Source of the DNA: Octopus sinensis
Taxonomy: Eukaryota
Direction: 5' to 3'
Assembly (NCBI RefSeq): GCF_006345805.1
Contig: NC_043008.1
Location: 13,516,001 to 13,580,000, forward strand
Length of the DNA stretch: 64,000 bases
Of this stretch, positions 1 through 13,129 are shown piece by piece. Below the pieces are notes generated by a model that ran no database searches, was not told the DNA's origin, and worked only from the letters and a program-made list of their open reading frames with translations. Numbering within the stretch: the first letter of the stretch is position 1; each line of letters starts with the position of its first letter. The position numbers and the translations under genes were made by a program.

Positions 1-40
1 TGGAAGAGTACCACGGTGAGAGCAGTGTTGATGACATGAT

Positions 41-382
41 ATTCTTTTCTACTCTAGACACAAGGCCCGAAATTTTGTGGGAGGAAGCCAGTCGATTAGA
101 TCAACCCTAGTATGCAACTGTACTCAATTTTATCCACCCCGAAAAGATGAAAGGCAAAATCAACCTCGGCGGAATTTTAACTCAGAACGTAGCGGCAGAC
201 GAAATACCTATTTCTTTACTACCCACAATGGGCTAAACACAGAGAGGACAAACAAGGACAGACAAACGGATTAAGTCGATTATATCGACCCCTGTGCGAA
301 AGGATGAAAGGCACAGTCGACCTTGGCGTAATTTGAAATCAGCATCTCGCCCGGCGTGATAACGATTCTGCCAGCTCGCCTC
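41..382 (-). mobile_element. tRNA-derived SINE family A, dimeric form
   Basis: Matches the other family A copies (head GGCGAGCTGGCAGAA..., GAGTTxAAATTCCGCCGAGGT B-box-like segment). Two body units are joined at CAGACGAAATACCTATTTCTTTAC. Confidence 0.85.
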
Positions 383-2054
383 CCTAACGACATGATATTC
401 TGACAACGTAAAATACTTCATGATGGAAAGCGCACAAAGAATTTTCGAAAATCAATCAATTTGCTAGAAAAATTACAACTTGCATAGTAATTCCGGAGAA
501 ATAATGTTTATCCGTTATATATTTATTCATTGAGATTTATACCTAAGCTTTGTAAATAGGATTCTGCACTTACAACTGTAATTTCTTTATTTATCCTGTC
601 TTATAATTTCTAATATTAGTACTTAATCTATGAATCTTGTTATATGTTTTCTTCCTATTCTTAAGACAAACTGTATCGCCTTGCGGTGGTTATCAAAATA
701 ATAGGTATTGAACCTGGGTCTTTCAGTCATTTGCCAATGGTTATCTCTTTCATTAGATTTCACTAAGATATTCCTATAACAGTTGTATTTGTTAAAATAC
801 TATGCCTGAAAAACCTTATATTATGCAGTCATGCGTACAGCTGCATTATTACGAATATACCCTAATAACATAATTAGTACTGTATTGTAATTATAATGCA
901 TGCACTACATTTACATGTAAGCTCTTATATAAATGCGTCTGCGTTCGTGGTAGTGTGCACATATCTGCGCACCTGTGTATGTATGAATGTGTATCCATAG
1001 ACAAAAGAACGATAAAAGATAGAGAAGAGAAATAAGTGGTACAGTTATAACTCTATGTATTTCTCTTCATTTAAGGATGGAAGATGCAAACACATAGTTA
1101 TTTCTGATAATAAAAATAGAATCGACTGCTCAGAGACCGCATGTTGCTTCCTTTAAATTTATATTATAATTTTTTTCTCTTCTCACGCGTATGTCATAAT
1201 GACATTTTAATTACGCGTTTTCACATATATTACAAGAACTGAAGAATGTTGTGCTGGAATTAATATAGCTTGGAAGAGACAACTGTGGCTGTATCATTGT
1301 ATTCGACGCTGTTTTTACTGGCTGCTATTATGGTATGATAGAGCAGTGCGATATATTTGTTTTATAACTCGTTTAGATTTCGAGATGATATAGATACAAA
1401 ATGCATAAGCTCCTAAACATTATATATTACTGATTCAGCGCTAAGAATAACGCGTTATTCTCATTTTTGTCACGCATTATCTGGAAATACTTGCCATTTT
1501 ATAGAGTAAAATGCTTATCCTCTAATTGAATTATTATGCAACAAAAGAATGGTTATATGAAATAACAATCAAAAAGTGAATATGTAACTTCACAAAACGA
1601 TAAGGATCTTGGTGTATGTTATATTCAGAAAATAATACGTGTTTTGGTTTCTCTATACACATTGAATTCCGGCAGTTATTTATGCTCCATAAAGAAATTA
1701 CTCCTATGGTTGATACATGGATTGTAGTGGGGGAAAAAACAACCTCCTCCGTCTATCATATGCACCTAATATGCACTACAAGAAATATATAGTTTTGAAT
1801 TGTGATCATATAAGCCTTACATGCTGCAGCAAATCGATCAAACTGTTTGACGATTCCTATGAAAATAACTGAAATATTGAAGCGAAATTTGTATGCTGTA
1901 AAATTTCGCCAAATTGCAGCTTGTTGAAACGATTATATTATATTCTTAGTAATCCTTCGAAAGTATATCCAACCAGAAGAGAACTCAGAATTTTTATGGG
2001 CGAACATGTGTATATAAATCAGTTTAACATTATTCAATTTATTATGTGTATTAC

Positions 2055-2226
2055 GAAGGTGAGCTGACAGGATCAATAGTAGACCGAGCTGCTTGGCGAC
2101 GTTTCGGCTGGCTCTTCATGTAATAAGAGCGAATGCCGCTAAGATCAACTTTCTATTCCTGCCTTCGGAGTCGATAAAATAAAATACCATTGAGTACAGG
2201 AGCCAATGTAATTGACTGGCATCTCA
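2055..2226 (+). mobile_element. Degenerate SINE family A copy
   Basis: Diverged head GAAGGTGAGCTGACAG and body TCGGAGTCGATAAAATAAAATACCA align by eye to family A. Confidence 0.55.
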
Positions 2227-2524
2227 CAATTATTAATCTTGAGATAAACAATGATGAGATTTAGCATTGCACATGCTTTAAACTCTTCATCATGAATTTC
2301 TATTGTATTGTTAATAAAGGGAGCAAAATATCATTGACTCTAGGCCTATGTTATGGTTTAGTGTGTAACTAGATGAAGGGACGTATTTTTTAATCTGATG
2401 AAAAACATATCGAAATGAATATTAAATGATTATTATATGGCGAATGCACAAGGGAAGAGGGGGTACGAAATTCAAACCAGAATAAGAAACATCTAGGTAT
2501 TGATCACATTATTTACATGGAAGT

Positions 2525-2913
2525 GGATGGAAGCATTCCGTCGGTTACGACGATGACGGTTCCGGTTGATCCGAATCAACGGAACAGCCTGCTCGTGAAA
2601 TTAACGTGTAAGTGGCTGAGCACTCCACAGACACGTGCACCCTTAACGTAGTTCTCGGGGATATTCAGCGTGACACAGAGGGTGGCAAGGCCGGCTCCTT
2701 GAAATACAGGTACAACAGAAACATGAAGTAAGAGTGAGAGAAAGTTGTGGTGAAAGAGTACAGCAGGGACCACCACCATCCCCTGCCGGAGCCTCGTGGA
2801 GCTTTTAGGTGTTTTCGCTCAATAAACACTCACAACGCCCGGTCTGGGAATCGAAACCGCGATCCTATGACCGCGAGTCCGCTGCCCTAACCACTGGGCC
2901 ATTGCGCCTCCAC
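2525..2913 (-). mobile_element. tRNA-derived SINE family C, full length, tail type 1
   Basis: Head has A box TGGCCCAGTGG and B box GTTTCGATTCC. 12-bp TSD TTACATGGAAGT at 2513-2524 and 2914-2925. Near-identical copy at 29523-29898. Confidence 0.92.
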
Positions 2914-5900
2914 TTACATGGAAGTATTCGTACTCGAAACGTCGTAACTGTTATTGCTGGCTCTAAATTCTATTGAATATCTGTAGTGATAACATAAAAG
3001 TACTCGTGACTGTATTTATGATACTGTGCGTATATGTTTCTCTTACTCAGATTTCCTTGGCAGTTGACATATTTCAAAAGGTTTGTCTGTTTCTTCCGAG
3101 AAATGAAATACTTTACAATCATTCTTACAGATATTGGTGATTTGATATTTCCAACTGGATAGTTGAAGAATTACTTGAGTGATAATTCATGCAAAACTTT
3201 TCTGTGTATTAATAACCTGAAAGTAATGAAATATGCAGCAGAATTTGTGTTATATATTTATAGATTTTAATATCTTTCAATTTCCTTTCTTTGGATATTT
3301 TAAATAATATACCAGATGTTTTGAAAGCAAGGTGTATAACCACATGTAATATTTGGAAAATAACTATATCTCATTACACTATATATTCCTTGATGTTATT
3401 ATGTAGCATCATTTTGGATTCAGATTATGCTTAAACCATCTTGGTAAGCAGCTACATACGATATTCATGGTATTACTATCCCTTATCGTGCATCGGTGTT
3501 AAAGCTTGTGATATTTTGGATTTTACGGATGGTATATGAATCGAATATTTGGCCATTGGCATCACGACGTTGGACATTGGCATAGGAATTTGATAAAGAT
3601 ATGAAATTGTAATGATTTCAGTATTCACGTATGGTATGCATCTAAATTCTGCGATTCAGGCATGGTTTATAATATAACATTGCACAGATATCATACATGC
3701 ATGGGCCATATGCATTTAGTATTCGTAGTAAATACACCGGAATATATTTCAATTGATTTAATTTCCGATAATAGTACTTCTGTCTATTAATCTCAGCTTC
3801 TGTGAGGAAACTCCTTTTTTGAATATTTTATGTATCATTATATCCTGGGACATACGTAACTCTTAACCAGAAAACAGCACTTTATATCGATGTTTGGGAT
3901 ATTTTTGTCAATGGCATGTAGACGTTTACCATTAATATAAAATATAAAATTATAAACTTGTAATATATAAACTTGCATTCCTCATACATCATATTCATTT
4001 AGATGCTGCTATTAAGTAGTAATTCATAATATATTTAATAATTTCTGAGGAGATGCACCGCCTTGTAAAAAGCTAGGATATATGGACTTTCGAAACATAA
4101 AATCTTATATATTTATTAAGAACAAAATATCAACAATCAGGCTTCGAGATGAAAAACATTTCTTACAGAAATATTCTATATTATGCATTTATGAAGAATA
4201 AATCTTTTCAAAGATACTTTATTATACTCCCATCACTTTGGTGCTATATATAGTAGGCAGGCATCTTTCTGGAATACCCTGTGGACGTAACTCGGCAAGA
4301 ATGGTTACACGGATTTTATAACTTCCTTCCAGTTTGATAATCCCTTCGCATATCTCTGAAGATCCGATAGGAAATTGCATTTCCCCAGAAATTAAATTAA
4401 TATTTCTGCCTAAAATATTTATATAGACATGCACACCCATATACATAGATGCATATATATGTGTGTGTGCGTGTGTGTGCTTGTGTGTGTGTGTGCGTGT
4501 AGATATATGGATTGACTGGTGGATAGATGAATGTATGAATGGAAAAATGTATATATAGCTGTTAGAAGGAAGGCCTAGAAAGGAATTAATACCTAAATTA
4601 TATATGCAGACCGAGCACTACTATAGAATGTTAAGCATGTAGGTCGCCGCTATATTAACTGAAAGCAGTGGGTTTAACTACAGTCTTTCTTCATTTCTGA
4701 AACTTGTCCGTTATGGACTGAGCTGAATTAATTCGCAGCCCCTCATCTTAACTCTATGCTATTTGTTTACCTCATGATATACACGTACAGTGTACTTATA
4801 TTTTATTTATCAAAACAAATATATTGAATATCTAGGGCTTCTTTAAGTAATGTTTTCTTGTTTTCTCCGTGTGACTGTAGTGTGTTTTCTTAACAAATAT
4901 AACGAACATTTGTATGTAGACGAGCAAACGCTTCGTCGTTCTCTCATTGCTACGCTACAAGTCCCATGACAGCTGCTATATTACATGCAGTAGATAATCA
5001 GCAATGTTAAGAGTGGATCAACTGCAAAATAGTATTAGTGATTAATTTTGAGGCATAACATAGCCAATTAATATACCTAACATCAGTGTACTATAGAAAC
5101 ATAACCTGATATATGTAATATATATACATAATCATATGTAATAATTGAGACAGGAGGAACCCGTCTAGCTTTCGAGGTGTGATGAAGAGAGGAGAATGCA
5201 TATGGATCATATCAAAGACAACAAATGCCAGAGAAAATCTCATAAATAAACGGATTTTTCCTGCTGGATAAATTACATCCAAACAAGCATATGTTGGATG
5301 CACATCTATACTTATTACTACAGTATACAATTGATCACAATTCTCCACACGTATAGGTACATGCAATATATATATACATATATACACATACATATATAAG
5401 TATGTGTGTGTAAATATACCTATATATATATATATATATATATGTTTGCTGGCCACTCTATCATTATCTTTTTTGAATTTTGTATATATATGTGTGTGTG
5501 TGTATGGGTTTGGGTGTGTGAGTGTGTGTGTATTTGGGTGTGGCTGTGTGATTGTGTTTGCATGCGCGTGTGTGTGTGCATGCGTGTGTATGTGTGTGCA
5601 TAAATATATATATGCGTATATACATATATGCATACAGATAGATAGATAGATAGATCGATAGATACATACATACATAGACAGACAGACAGCAGTGACATCT
5701 TAGCAACTTTTAGTGACGGCTATGCCGTTGTAGGTACTACATATCCTTTGTCTATCTCCTTAAATTCTTGGAGATTTTAGACATAATTATACTAAAGTGT
5801 CTATGTGGTCTAATTTTATTAAATTCTATGTCTTTGTGCAGCTGAAGATTGCTCTACATTTTAAATTGATGTAATGATTGCATTGTTCAATTAAATGGAG

Positions 5901-5960
5901 TTGCATGAAACATCGTACTGCATTGCCTCTAGATATCCTTGTTGCTTATTTTGATAGATG

Positions 5961-6068
<108 letters not shown>

Positions 6069-7527
6069 TTTTAGGAAAAGTCATTGCAAAAAATTACATG
6101 CTCTCCTATGAAAATCCACTTGACCGTCAGTTTTTAAAATCCATAGTACATATCTCTCAAACGTGTATATGTTTTATGTTTTCATTGATTATTTACTATA
6201 ATTACATAACTAGTTCTCTGTTGTTGAATTCGCTACAAAAGTCTAGTACTTATCATACAATCTCTTTATTTGCAATTAATATATTTAAGACAACTGAAGT
6301 CATTTCCTTTATATATGGCCACCTCTTGCAATATGTTTAAAATTTTCTTGTCTTCTATAAAATCAAAAGGAATATGTTTCTATTTCTGTAGACGAATCTA
6401 TAAGTTATTACTCTCTCAATTTCCTCATTTCAGAAACAATAATTTTTAATTTAACATGATGCTATTTGTACATAACTAAAAGTCTTAATAATTAATTTCG
6501 CATTTCAACACATACCACATTATTAAAGCTTCTTCAAATATTTGTATGAAAATTTAATTAATTCAATTTTCGATTGTGATGGCATTTGAAATATTTTAAT
6601 TGAATATCTTGTTCTATTTATATATAAATAATACTTATATTGTAGTTGCTGAAACTATGGCTGTTGCAATAAAGTTAAAGCATGATTAACGTTATCGCCT
6701 GTGTATGCGTATCCATGGGTACATCGGTATTGTGACTACAAATGACACTCTCGTTCGATTAATTTCATTATGATTACTGTTAATTTATACAATGTATATA
6801 CAATGTATATTTACACATAAAATGAAATACTTCTCTTTCTCTTGAGGAATACTAAATTATTATTGAAGATCCTAACAAACGAATTGCTTATGGTACATAA
6901 CTATTTACAATAGTCTAATAATATGTTATATTCAAAGCAATTAGTTAATCACGACTCAAATTACCAGGGAATTTTCAGTTTCACTACATAATTCACTATT
7001 ACCAATATATTTTTCGAATTTCAATTAGAAATTAGAAATTACTGTCATGTATACCTATATTTTCCTTTTTCACACCTTTCCAAAGATAAATGATTATTAC
7101 TGAAACAACATACATCAGCAGAAATTACCTGCAGTCTTTTGTTCCTTGCAGCAGAAAGGGCCATAAATTATTCATGAATAGTTTTGTATTTCTAATTTGT
7201 GTGCTAATGAAACATTTTCAATTATGATTAATATATTTGTACCAGAGCTGCACGTGTGGGGGTTTAGACACTTTTACCAATATGATATAAAATAATTAAT
7301 AATAACCTCTTCAATCATAAGTTTCACTCTGTAGCCGATATATCACGATAGGCAGGAAGTGATGTTAATTAGCTTTAGTAGATTTATCTTAATGGGATTT
7401 AAATGTTGATATGTATATAAGCATCAGCTCCCATATGATTGAAGACATCTATTTTTAGATATTTACATACCTGTGATAATGAATAACGGACCCACACATA
7501 CATATACCCACGTATGTATGTATCTAT

Positions 7528-7534
7528 GTATGTA

Positions 7535-7606
<72 letters not shown>

Positions 7607-7660
7607 CATACATATATATCTATCTATAAAAATGTGCATATATATATATATATATATAGG
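7528..7660. repeat. (TA)n microsatellite
   Basis: Long TA run with a few interruptions. Confidence 0.95.
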
Positions 7661-7689
7661 TCACTGTTTCGTTAATGTAAGTTCGCAAA

Positions 7690-8260
7690 AATTGTGCTGC
7701 AATCCAGCGAGAAATAAAGATCAATGTAAGCAGACATTATAAAGATAAAAGCTACAGGCAGTTTCTTGCTGTGGAGGCACATCGTCAGACAGGGTTTCAT
7801 AACATGTCACGTGTCTCAAAGTAATGTGCATGCTCTGAAAATGTAGTGAACATGAGAACGCTGGTGCTTGGGAAAACACTAGAGAAACTGAGGAGGCTGA
7901 TGCAAAAGTGGAAGTATGAATAAATGGAAAATGGAAAGAATAGAAAGAAAATGCGAGTTATGTCACCTTTGAGTGTAGAAACCAATATTAAACTGGTTCA
8001 AGAAGAATGATTCCAGGGTAGTTGGTTCACAGTCTGTGTGACAGTTTGTCGATCCAGAGAGATTGCCTTTCACATGTTCGACAAAAGAAATTAGTCAATG
8101 TGCTTGCATTTGCTGAAACTTTCAGATCTAAATTAAGTAGTGTTTTACAAAGGGCGTGCAATCTTTCAAGTATGCGTGACTTGCATTTCTTTGATCCATT
8201 TACGTATGGCATGAATTTATCTATCATTCTCCATTTAATTGTATGTAGAGTGCAGTTACC
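7690..8260. mobile_element. Possible decayed RTE-type LINE 3' coding remnants in both orientations
   Basis: Plus strand gives [10 protein letters not shown] and WRHIVRQG. Minus strand gives KWRMID...FFCRTCERQ...LSH. Both resemble RTE-clade C-termini; weak, by eye only. Confidence 0.3.
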
Positions 8261-8496
8261 CTTCTAACAACAATCTTAGCCACCGAACACAGTGGTTTTA
8301 AATTGGTGGATAGGAATAGCTCTTCTCTTTATACTGCGTACATTAAATGATATATAAGTATATATGTGTGTATGTGTATGTGTATACGTATATGTGTAAA
8401 TGTATATGTGAATACACATGTATGTATATATATATATATATTATATATATATATATATATAAACATATATATATACATGTATGTATGTATATATAT

Positions 8497-8690
8497 AAAG
8501 GGAAATAAACAAAAGACGAAGGCAGGTGGAGTACAAACAAACAAATGCATTGGTATAGCGCTCAGGAATAGAAAAAGTCTTTTACGTTTCGAGCCTGCGC
8601 TTTTCGACAGAAAGATACACAGAAAAAAAACAAGGAGAGAAAAAAATGCGTGTAGCAGCTAACGATCTATCATGGCATCCTATATGTATA
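8497..8690 (-). mobile_element. Penelope-like terminal fragment with variant hammerhead motif
   Basis: Same sequence recurs at 54115-54235 and it is flanked by (TA)n. Minus strand 8580-8613 reads TTT CTGTCGA A AAGC GCAG GCTC GAAA CGT A AAA. Confidence 0.55.
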
Positions 8691-8702
8691 TATTTATATA
8701 TG

Positions 8703-8776
<74 letters not shown>

Positions 8777-8907
8777 AATATATATATATATATTCGCTGC
8801 GCTTGACAACTGAAGTCTACAAGTCATTTTCTCTTTGTTTATTTTCTCTTATTCCTTTATGCTGAAGAGCGCAGGCTCGAAAGTTAAAATACTTTTTTCA
8901 TTTTCCC

Positions 8908-8970
8908 GACTGAACCCAGGACAATGTGGTCCGGAAGCAAGCTACTTACCACACAGCCACCCCTGCGCCT
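8908..8970 (-). mobile_element. SINE family B, head only
   Basis: Reverse complement of the AGGCGCAGG.GTGGCTGTGTGGTAAGTAGCTTGC head seen in full copies. Confidence 0.7.
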
Positions 8971-9045
8971 ATATATATATATATAAACATACACACAAAC
9001 ACAGAAACACACATATATGCATACATATATATATATTTACGTATA

Positions 9046-9101
<56 letters not shown>

Positions 9102-11016
9102 CGTGTGTATAAGTATATAGTCATCTATAATATAAGGTTACATTTTGTTTGTTAATGACAGTTTCATGTATATATAAACATATACATGTTCGTGTTTGTG
9201 TTTGTATGTGTGTATGTAAAATGTCCGTCATTATGCATCTATTTCCATCATGATGTGGAATAGAAACGCGCTACCCATTATACATATCCCATGTAGTGCG
9301 GATCACGAAAGTTGTATATATTATGGCTAATAAGAATAATGTTTTCCAGAAAGGAATATAGCATCAGTTAGTCATAAATGAAAAGCGGAACACGAAGTAT
9401 TAACTGAGAAATTTTGTAGCAGGTTTTATTGGTAAAACTCGTTATACGGGTTTTAATAAATATGAATATAGGAAGATGTGGAATTTGGTTAGAAGGGAAA
9501 AATTATTTGTGAATCATTGAACTGTTACGATAATATTTTACCTCATCATAACCTATTTTTTGAAAACTCTTTACTGGAAGTAAATATTGTGAGCAATTTT
9601 ATTATCTTAACAGACTTCAACTAATACATGTAGACGAGGAAGTTTAACGTACTTTTAACGTCGATGAATTTGGAATCACTTTATTTCACGTCTATGTTCA
9701 TGGGGAATGTTATTTGTAAAGCATATGTAATGACAATAAAAACTTGAACGAAATGCAAAAATTACGTTTCGAATGTGTAACTCAATATACAGCAGTTCCT
9801 TCCATTTATGGGTAAAGTAAAACTTACACTTGTCTCTGCGCAAACACAATATCTTTATGAATTAAGATGAATGGTAATTTTTGTACTATTATTCCTGCTG
9901 CACTTGCATAAAAAACATGAATTTAATGTCAGAGGGAAAATTTAATAATCTTTGAATAAAGATATTTACTGGTGAATATTTTCTGCGGGTCAATAGCAGA
10001 AACATTATATCTAGACGTATGTAAGTAACTTATATCAGCAAATATTTCATTGCGATAATCATATAATAGGATAATTGTATCACACAAAAGAAAATGTGAC
10101 TTACTAAAGGGTTAATAATCATTAAAAAAAAAATCTTTGTTAAAATTGTACGCCTACTTAATATGTGGTAGCACATAATAATCAATATTTGTACAAAATT
10201 CTAACCGTTTTATATTGTATCACATATAAGCCAGGACCCAATACTAAATTAAGAAAGGCATAAATTGGAAGTAACTGAAATGTAGTTCATGAACTACATT
10301 GTTTTGAAAGAAATATATTTTTTTCTATCAAATGAGAGAAGATGTATCACAATGAACTGAATGCCGTGGGGGAATTCAAGAATTGTAGATCTCATAATTT
10401 GAAAGTATTTATCAATTTTGATAGAATTATGGAATGCATATCTGATCTAGAACAATGTATTAAAATGTCAAACAGCCATCTAAAGAATTTCGAAGAAACG
10501 AAGAACAAATTATTCAAATCAAATTTGTATAGGTGTTTTTTTATTTAAATTACAAACAAAGCTAATTGTCGATGGTAACTCAGTGCTATCATGTGATATA
10601 GCATTACAAATATATTATAATTTAAAGAATATTATATAATTTTATAAATGCATAGTAAATGTGGAAGAGAATTGTATTTTTAAAACATGCAGTCTATGCA
10701 AATTTCTTATTAACAGAATTTTTACATAATTCTATTTCAGATTTTAGCAGATTAAGAAATTATTATGCTTGTACATATCATAACAGAAATATACTGCAAT
10801 ATCTGAAATGCATTTATCATTATAAGGTGTATCTTCGAAACACACTTTATGTAAATCTATTATAACACTTTACAAGGTAGTATAAGATTATTCGATAAAT
10901 GACTAAATAGCATACTTGCTTTGGTCATCCATTCAGATTGGTGTCTCGGAATAAAAATGGCTGTTGAGTGATACGAATGACAGATATTTGTAAAAGAAAA
11001 ACTAAAGTTGACAGAT

Positions 11017-11361
11017 TACTCTTTGTACTCTTTTATTCTTTTACTTGTTTCCGTCGAGCCTTTAGTCGAGCAAATCGACCCCAGGACTTATTCTTTGTAA
11101 GCCTAGGTTATGGGGACGTAAACACACCAGCATCTGCTGCCAAGCGATGTTAGAGGACAAACGCAGACACACAAACATATACATACACATACATATATAT
11201 ATATACATATATACGACGAGCTTCTTTTCAGTTTCCGTCTACCAAATCCACTCACAAGGGTTTGGTTGGCCCGAGGCTATAGTAGATAACACTTGCCCAA
11301 GATGCCATGCAGTTGAACTGAACCCGGAACTATGTGGTTGGTAAGCAAGCTACTTACCACA
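11017..11361 (-). mobile_element. tRNA-derived SINE family B, slightly 5'-truncated
   Basis: Collinear with copies at 16181, 33767 and 51101. Internal CA/TA microsatellite and AAAGAGT-type tandem tail. Confidence 0.88.
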
Positions 11362-12529
11362 ATTATTCAAAGTAAATTTTCAAGTTTCGTACAATTATTT
11401 ACGTCATATTGTCCACTTTCATTTGCTTCAAATTAAATGTTTTGAAAATGTAATAAAAAAATACAAGCAATGGAAAATCATAAATGCATGACTTCCATCC
11501 TCATCACAATTAGAAATATTACAGACTTTGATGATTTAGTGTGGTCTTTTTTGTTAGCTCCGAAGGATACTTTGACCAAACCACTGCAGCAATTGCTGTG
11601 ACGGAGTCTATGCGAGGACACCCTGTGGCCTATCATACAAGGGATAGCTATTAGGTTCCCAACAAGTATAACTTAATTGAATAATAACATATCCTACTTC
11701 AATTTCTTAGCAGTAAACGATTATTTCTATAAATATTTAGAAGCTATAATTTGCCCAAAACGTGCGTAATATACGCGCATAACAGATTTGATCATAAAGC
11801 AGTGTATTTGCTGCAAATGTACCTTGAACTAGGTTGACCAATTGCATTATTAAGGCTAAAGGTGGTATTTGAGATCGAGTATGCAGATTATTTAAAAGAT
11901 TGGGAAACCAACTTCGAGATGCCTTTATGGCTTGTGAATGATTAATGTGATACCAGATGCGACAATACGTATGCCTTTGATATGCAGTATGTTGTAGAAC
12001 AATTGTTGAATTAATATGTATCTGTTAATTAGACTATTATTCTAACCAGTTAGCGTAGATCATTTTCAGGACTTTGAATAAATAAATGACAACAAAAACT
12101 CAATCAAGTGAATCATATATCGATATAGAGAACGCATTACTTTAAATAAACACTGAAAAAGCGAATAAGCACCAAATTATCAAAATGAGATGTTTCAATA
12201 TAGAACGGATAATATATTCAAATCTATCAGATTGCGTGTTGCAGAAATTCACTTAAAAATAAGCAATTTGAAGATGTGGAAACTCCCAGTAATTAGATTT
12301 GTGGAATATTGTTCATGAGAATGAACGAAAACAATTAATTTTCTAATTTTCATGAAAACATTCTCATAACTCACTGGAACTAATTTTCAATAATTAAAAA
12401 TGAAAGCCGTAGAAGCAGAGTGGTAAAGTGGTTAATTCGGTTAAATTAGTTATTTTCACGCCATTAATACTCGGACTTCTTAATTTATGTGAAGTTCTTG
12501 AATGCGATTCTGAAAATATTCCGGATTCT

Positions 12530-13078
12530 AATAGTGACAAATAATCTGACACATTTGTAGGTTAAATAAAAGGCATTGTTTTTCGTTTCTTTTTCAGTTG
12601 CTGCCATGAATTGGACTGGTGAGCATCGCGTTTTCATTGTGGAAACGTTTATCGAAACAAACGATTCTGTAACTGCAGCACAAAGAGCGTTCCGTTTGCA
12701 CTTCAATATTGGTAGACATGATCCCGTACCAGCTCGAAACACGATTTTGTTATGGGTTACCAAAATCAGAGCTACTGGATCTGCAATGAAACGAAAATCA
12801 ACCGGCCGACCTCGCACCGCTAGAACTTAAAGATGCAATTCGTCAAGAAATTACTGCTATTCCACATTAAATGACCCGCCGAGTTATTGACAACTTTTGT
12901 GAACGCCTTCGACAGTGTGTGGACAATAATGGATCCCATTTGACTGATTTAACTTTTAAAACATAATGAAACAAAATGGCATTATATGTACTTTTCAAAA
13001 ATAAAAACACTTTTTTGTTTCTTTACGTCATTTGCCTTTTATTTAACCTACAAATGTGTCAGATCATTTTGACTGACC

Positions 13079-13083
<5 letters not shown>
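12530..13083 (+). mobile_element. Internally deleted Tc1/mariner element (DUF4817-like HTH N-terminus fused to transposase C-terminus)
   Basis: ORF MNWTGEHRVFIVETF...RKSTGRPRTART abuts the C-terminal remnant ELKDAIRQEITAIPH*MTRRVIDNFCERLRQCVDNNGSHL. 32-bp inverted repeat at 12544-12575 and 13033-13064. Right end CCCTG followed by TA. Confidence 0.85.

Positions 13084-13129
<46 letters not shown>

Noticed and set aside
666-704. Micro-exon gene hypothesis (39-nt 666-704, 30-nt 3051-3080 and several smaller AG..GT segments near 3400-3640)
   Set aside because: Splice-like sites are common by chance here, some implied introns are implausibly short, and no coherent protein emerges.
2840-2913. tRNA-like heads of SINE families A-D as tRNA genes
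   Set aside because: Each continues into a SINE body and tail, often with TSDs; I saw no complete cloverleaf.
3129-3216. Minus-strand segment with strong acceptor and GTAAGA donor
   Set aside because: All three frames contain stops; at most a non-coding exon.
4222-4410. Minus-strand ORF that is phase-compatible with the 21238-21346 candidate exon
   Set aside because: Phase match has a 1-in-3 chance and the joined peptide is not recognisable.
5091-5706. Long YI/HT/CV-rich ORFs here and at 8.3, 26, 41, 49 and 55 kb
   Set aside because: They are translations of (TA)n, (CA)n and (GATA)n microsatellites.
7750-7788. Hammerhead-like CUGACGA-UGUG-CCUC-CACA on the minus strand
   Set aside because: Four extra bases separate stem II from GAAA, and stems I and III do not form.
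10342-10865. Two 68-aa ORFs with splice-like ends
   Set aside because: Phases of the putative exons do not match and there is no recognisable homology.
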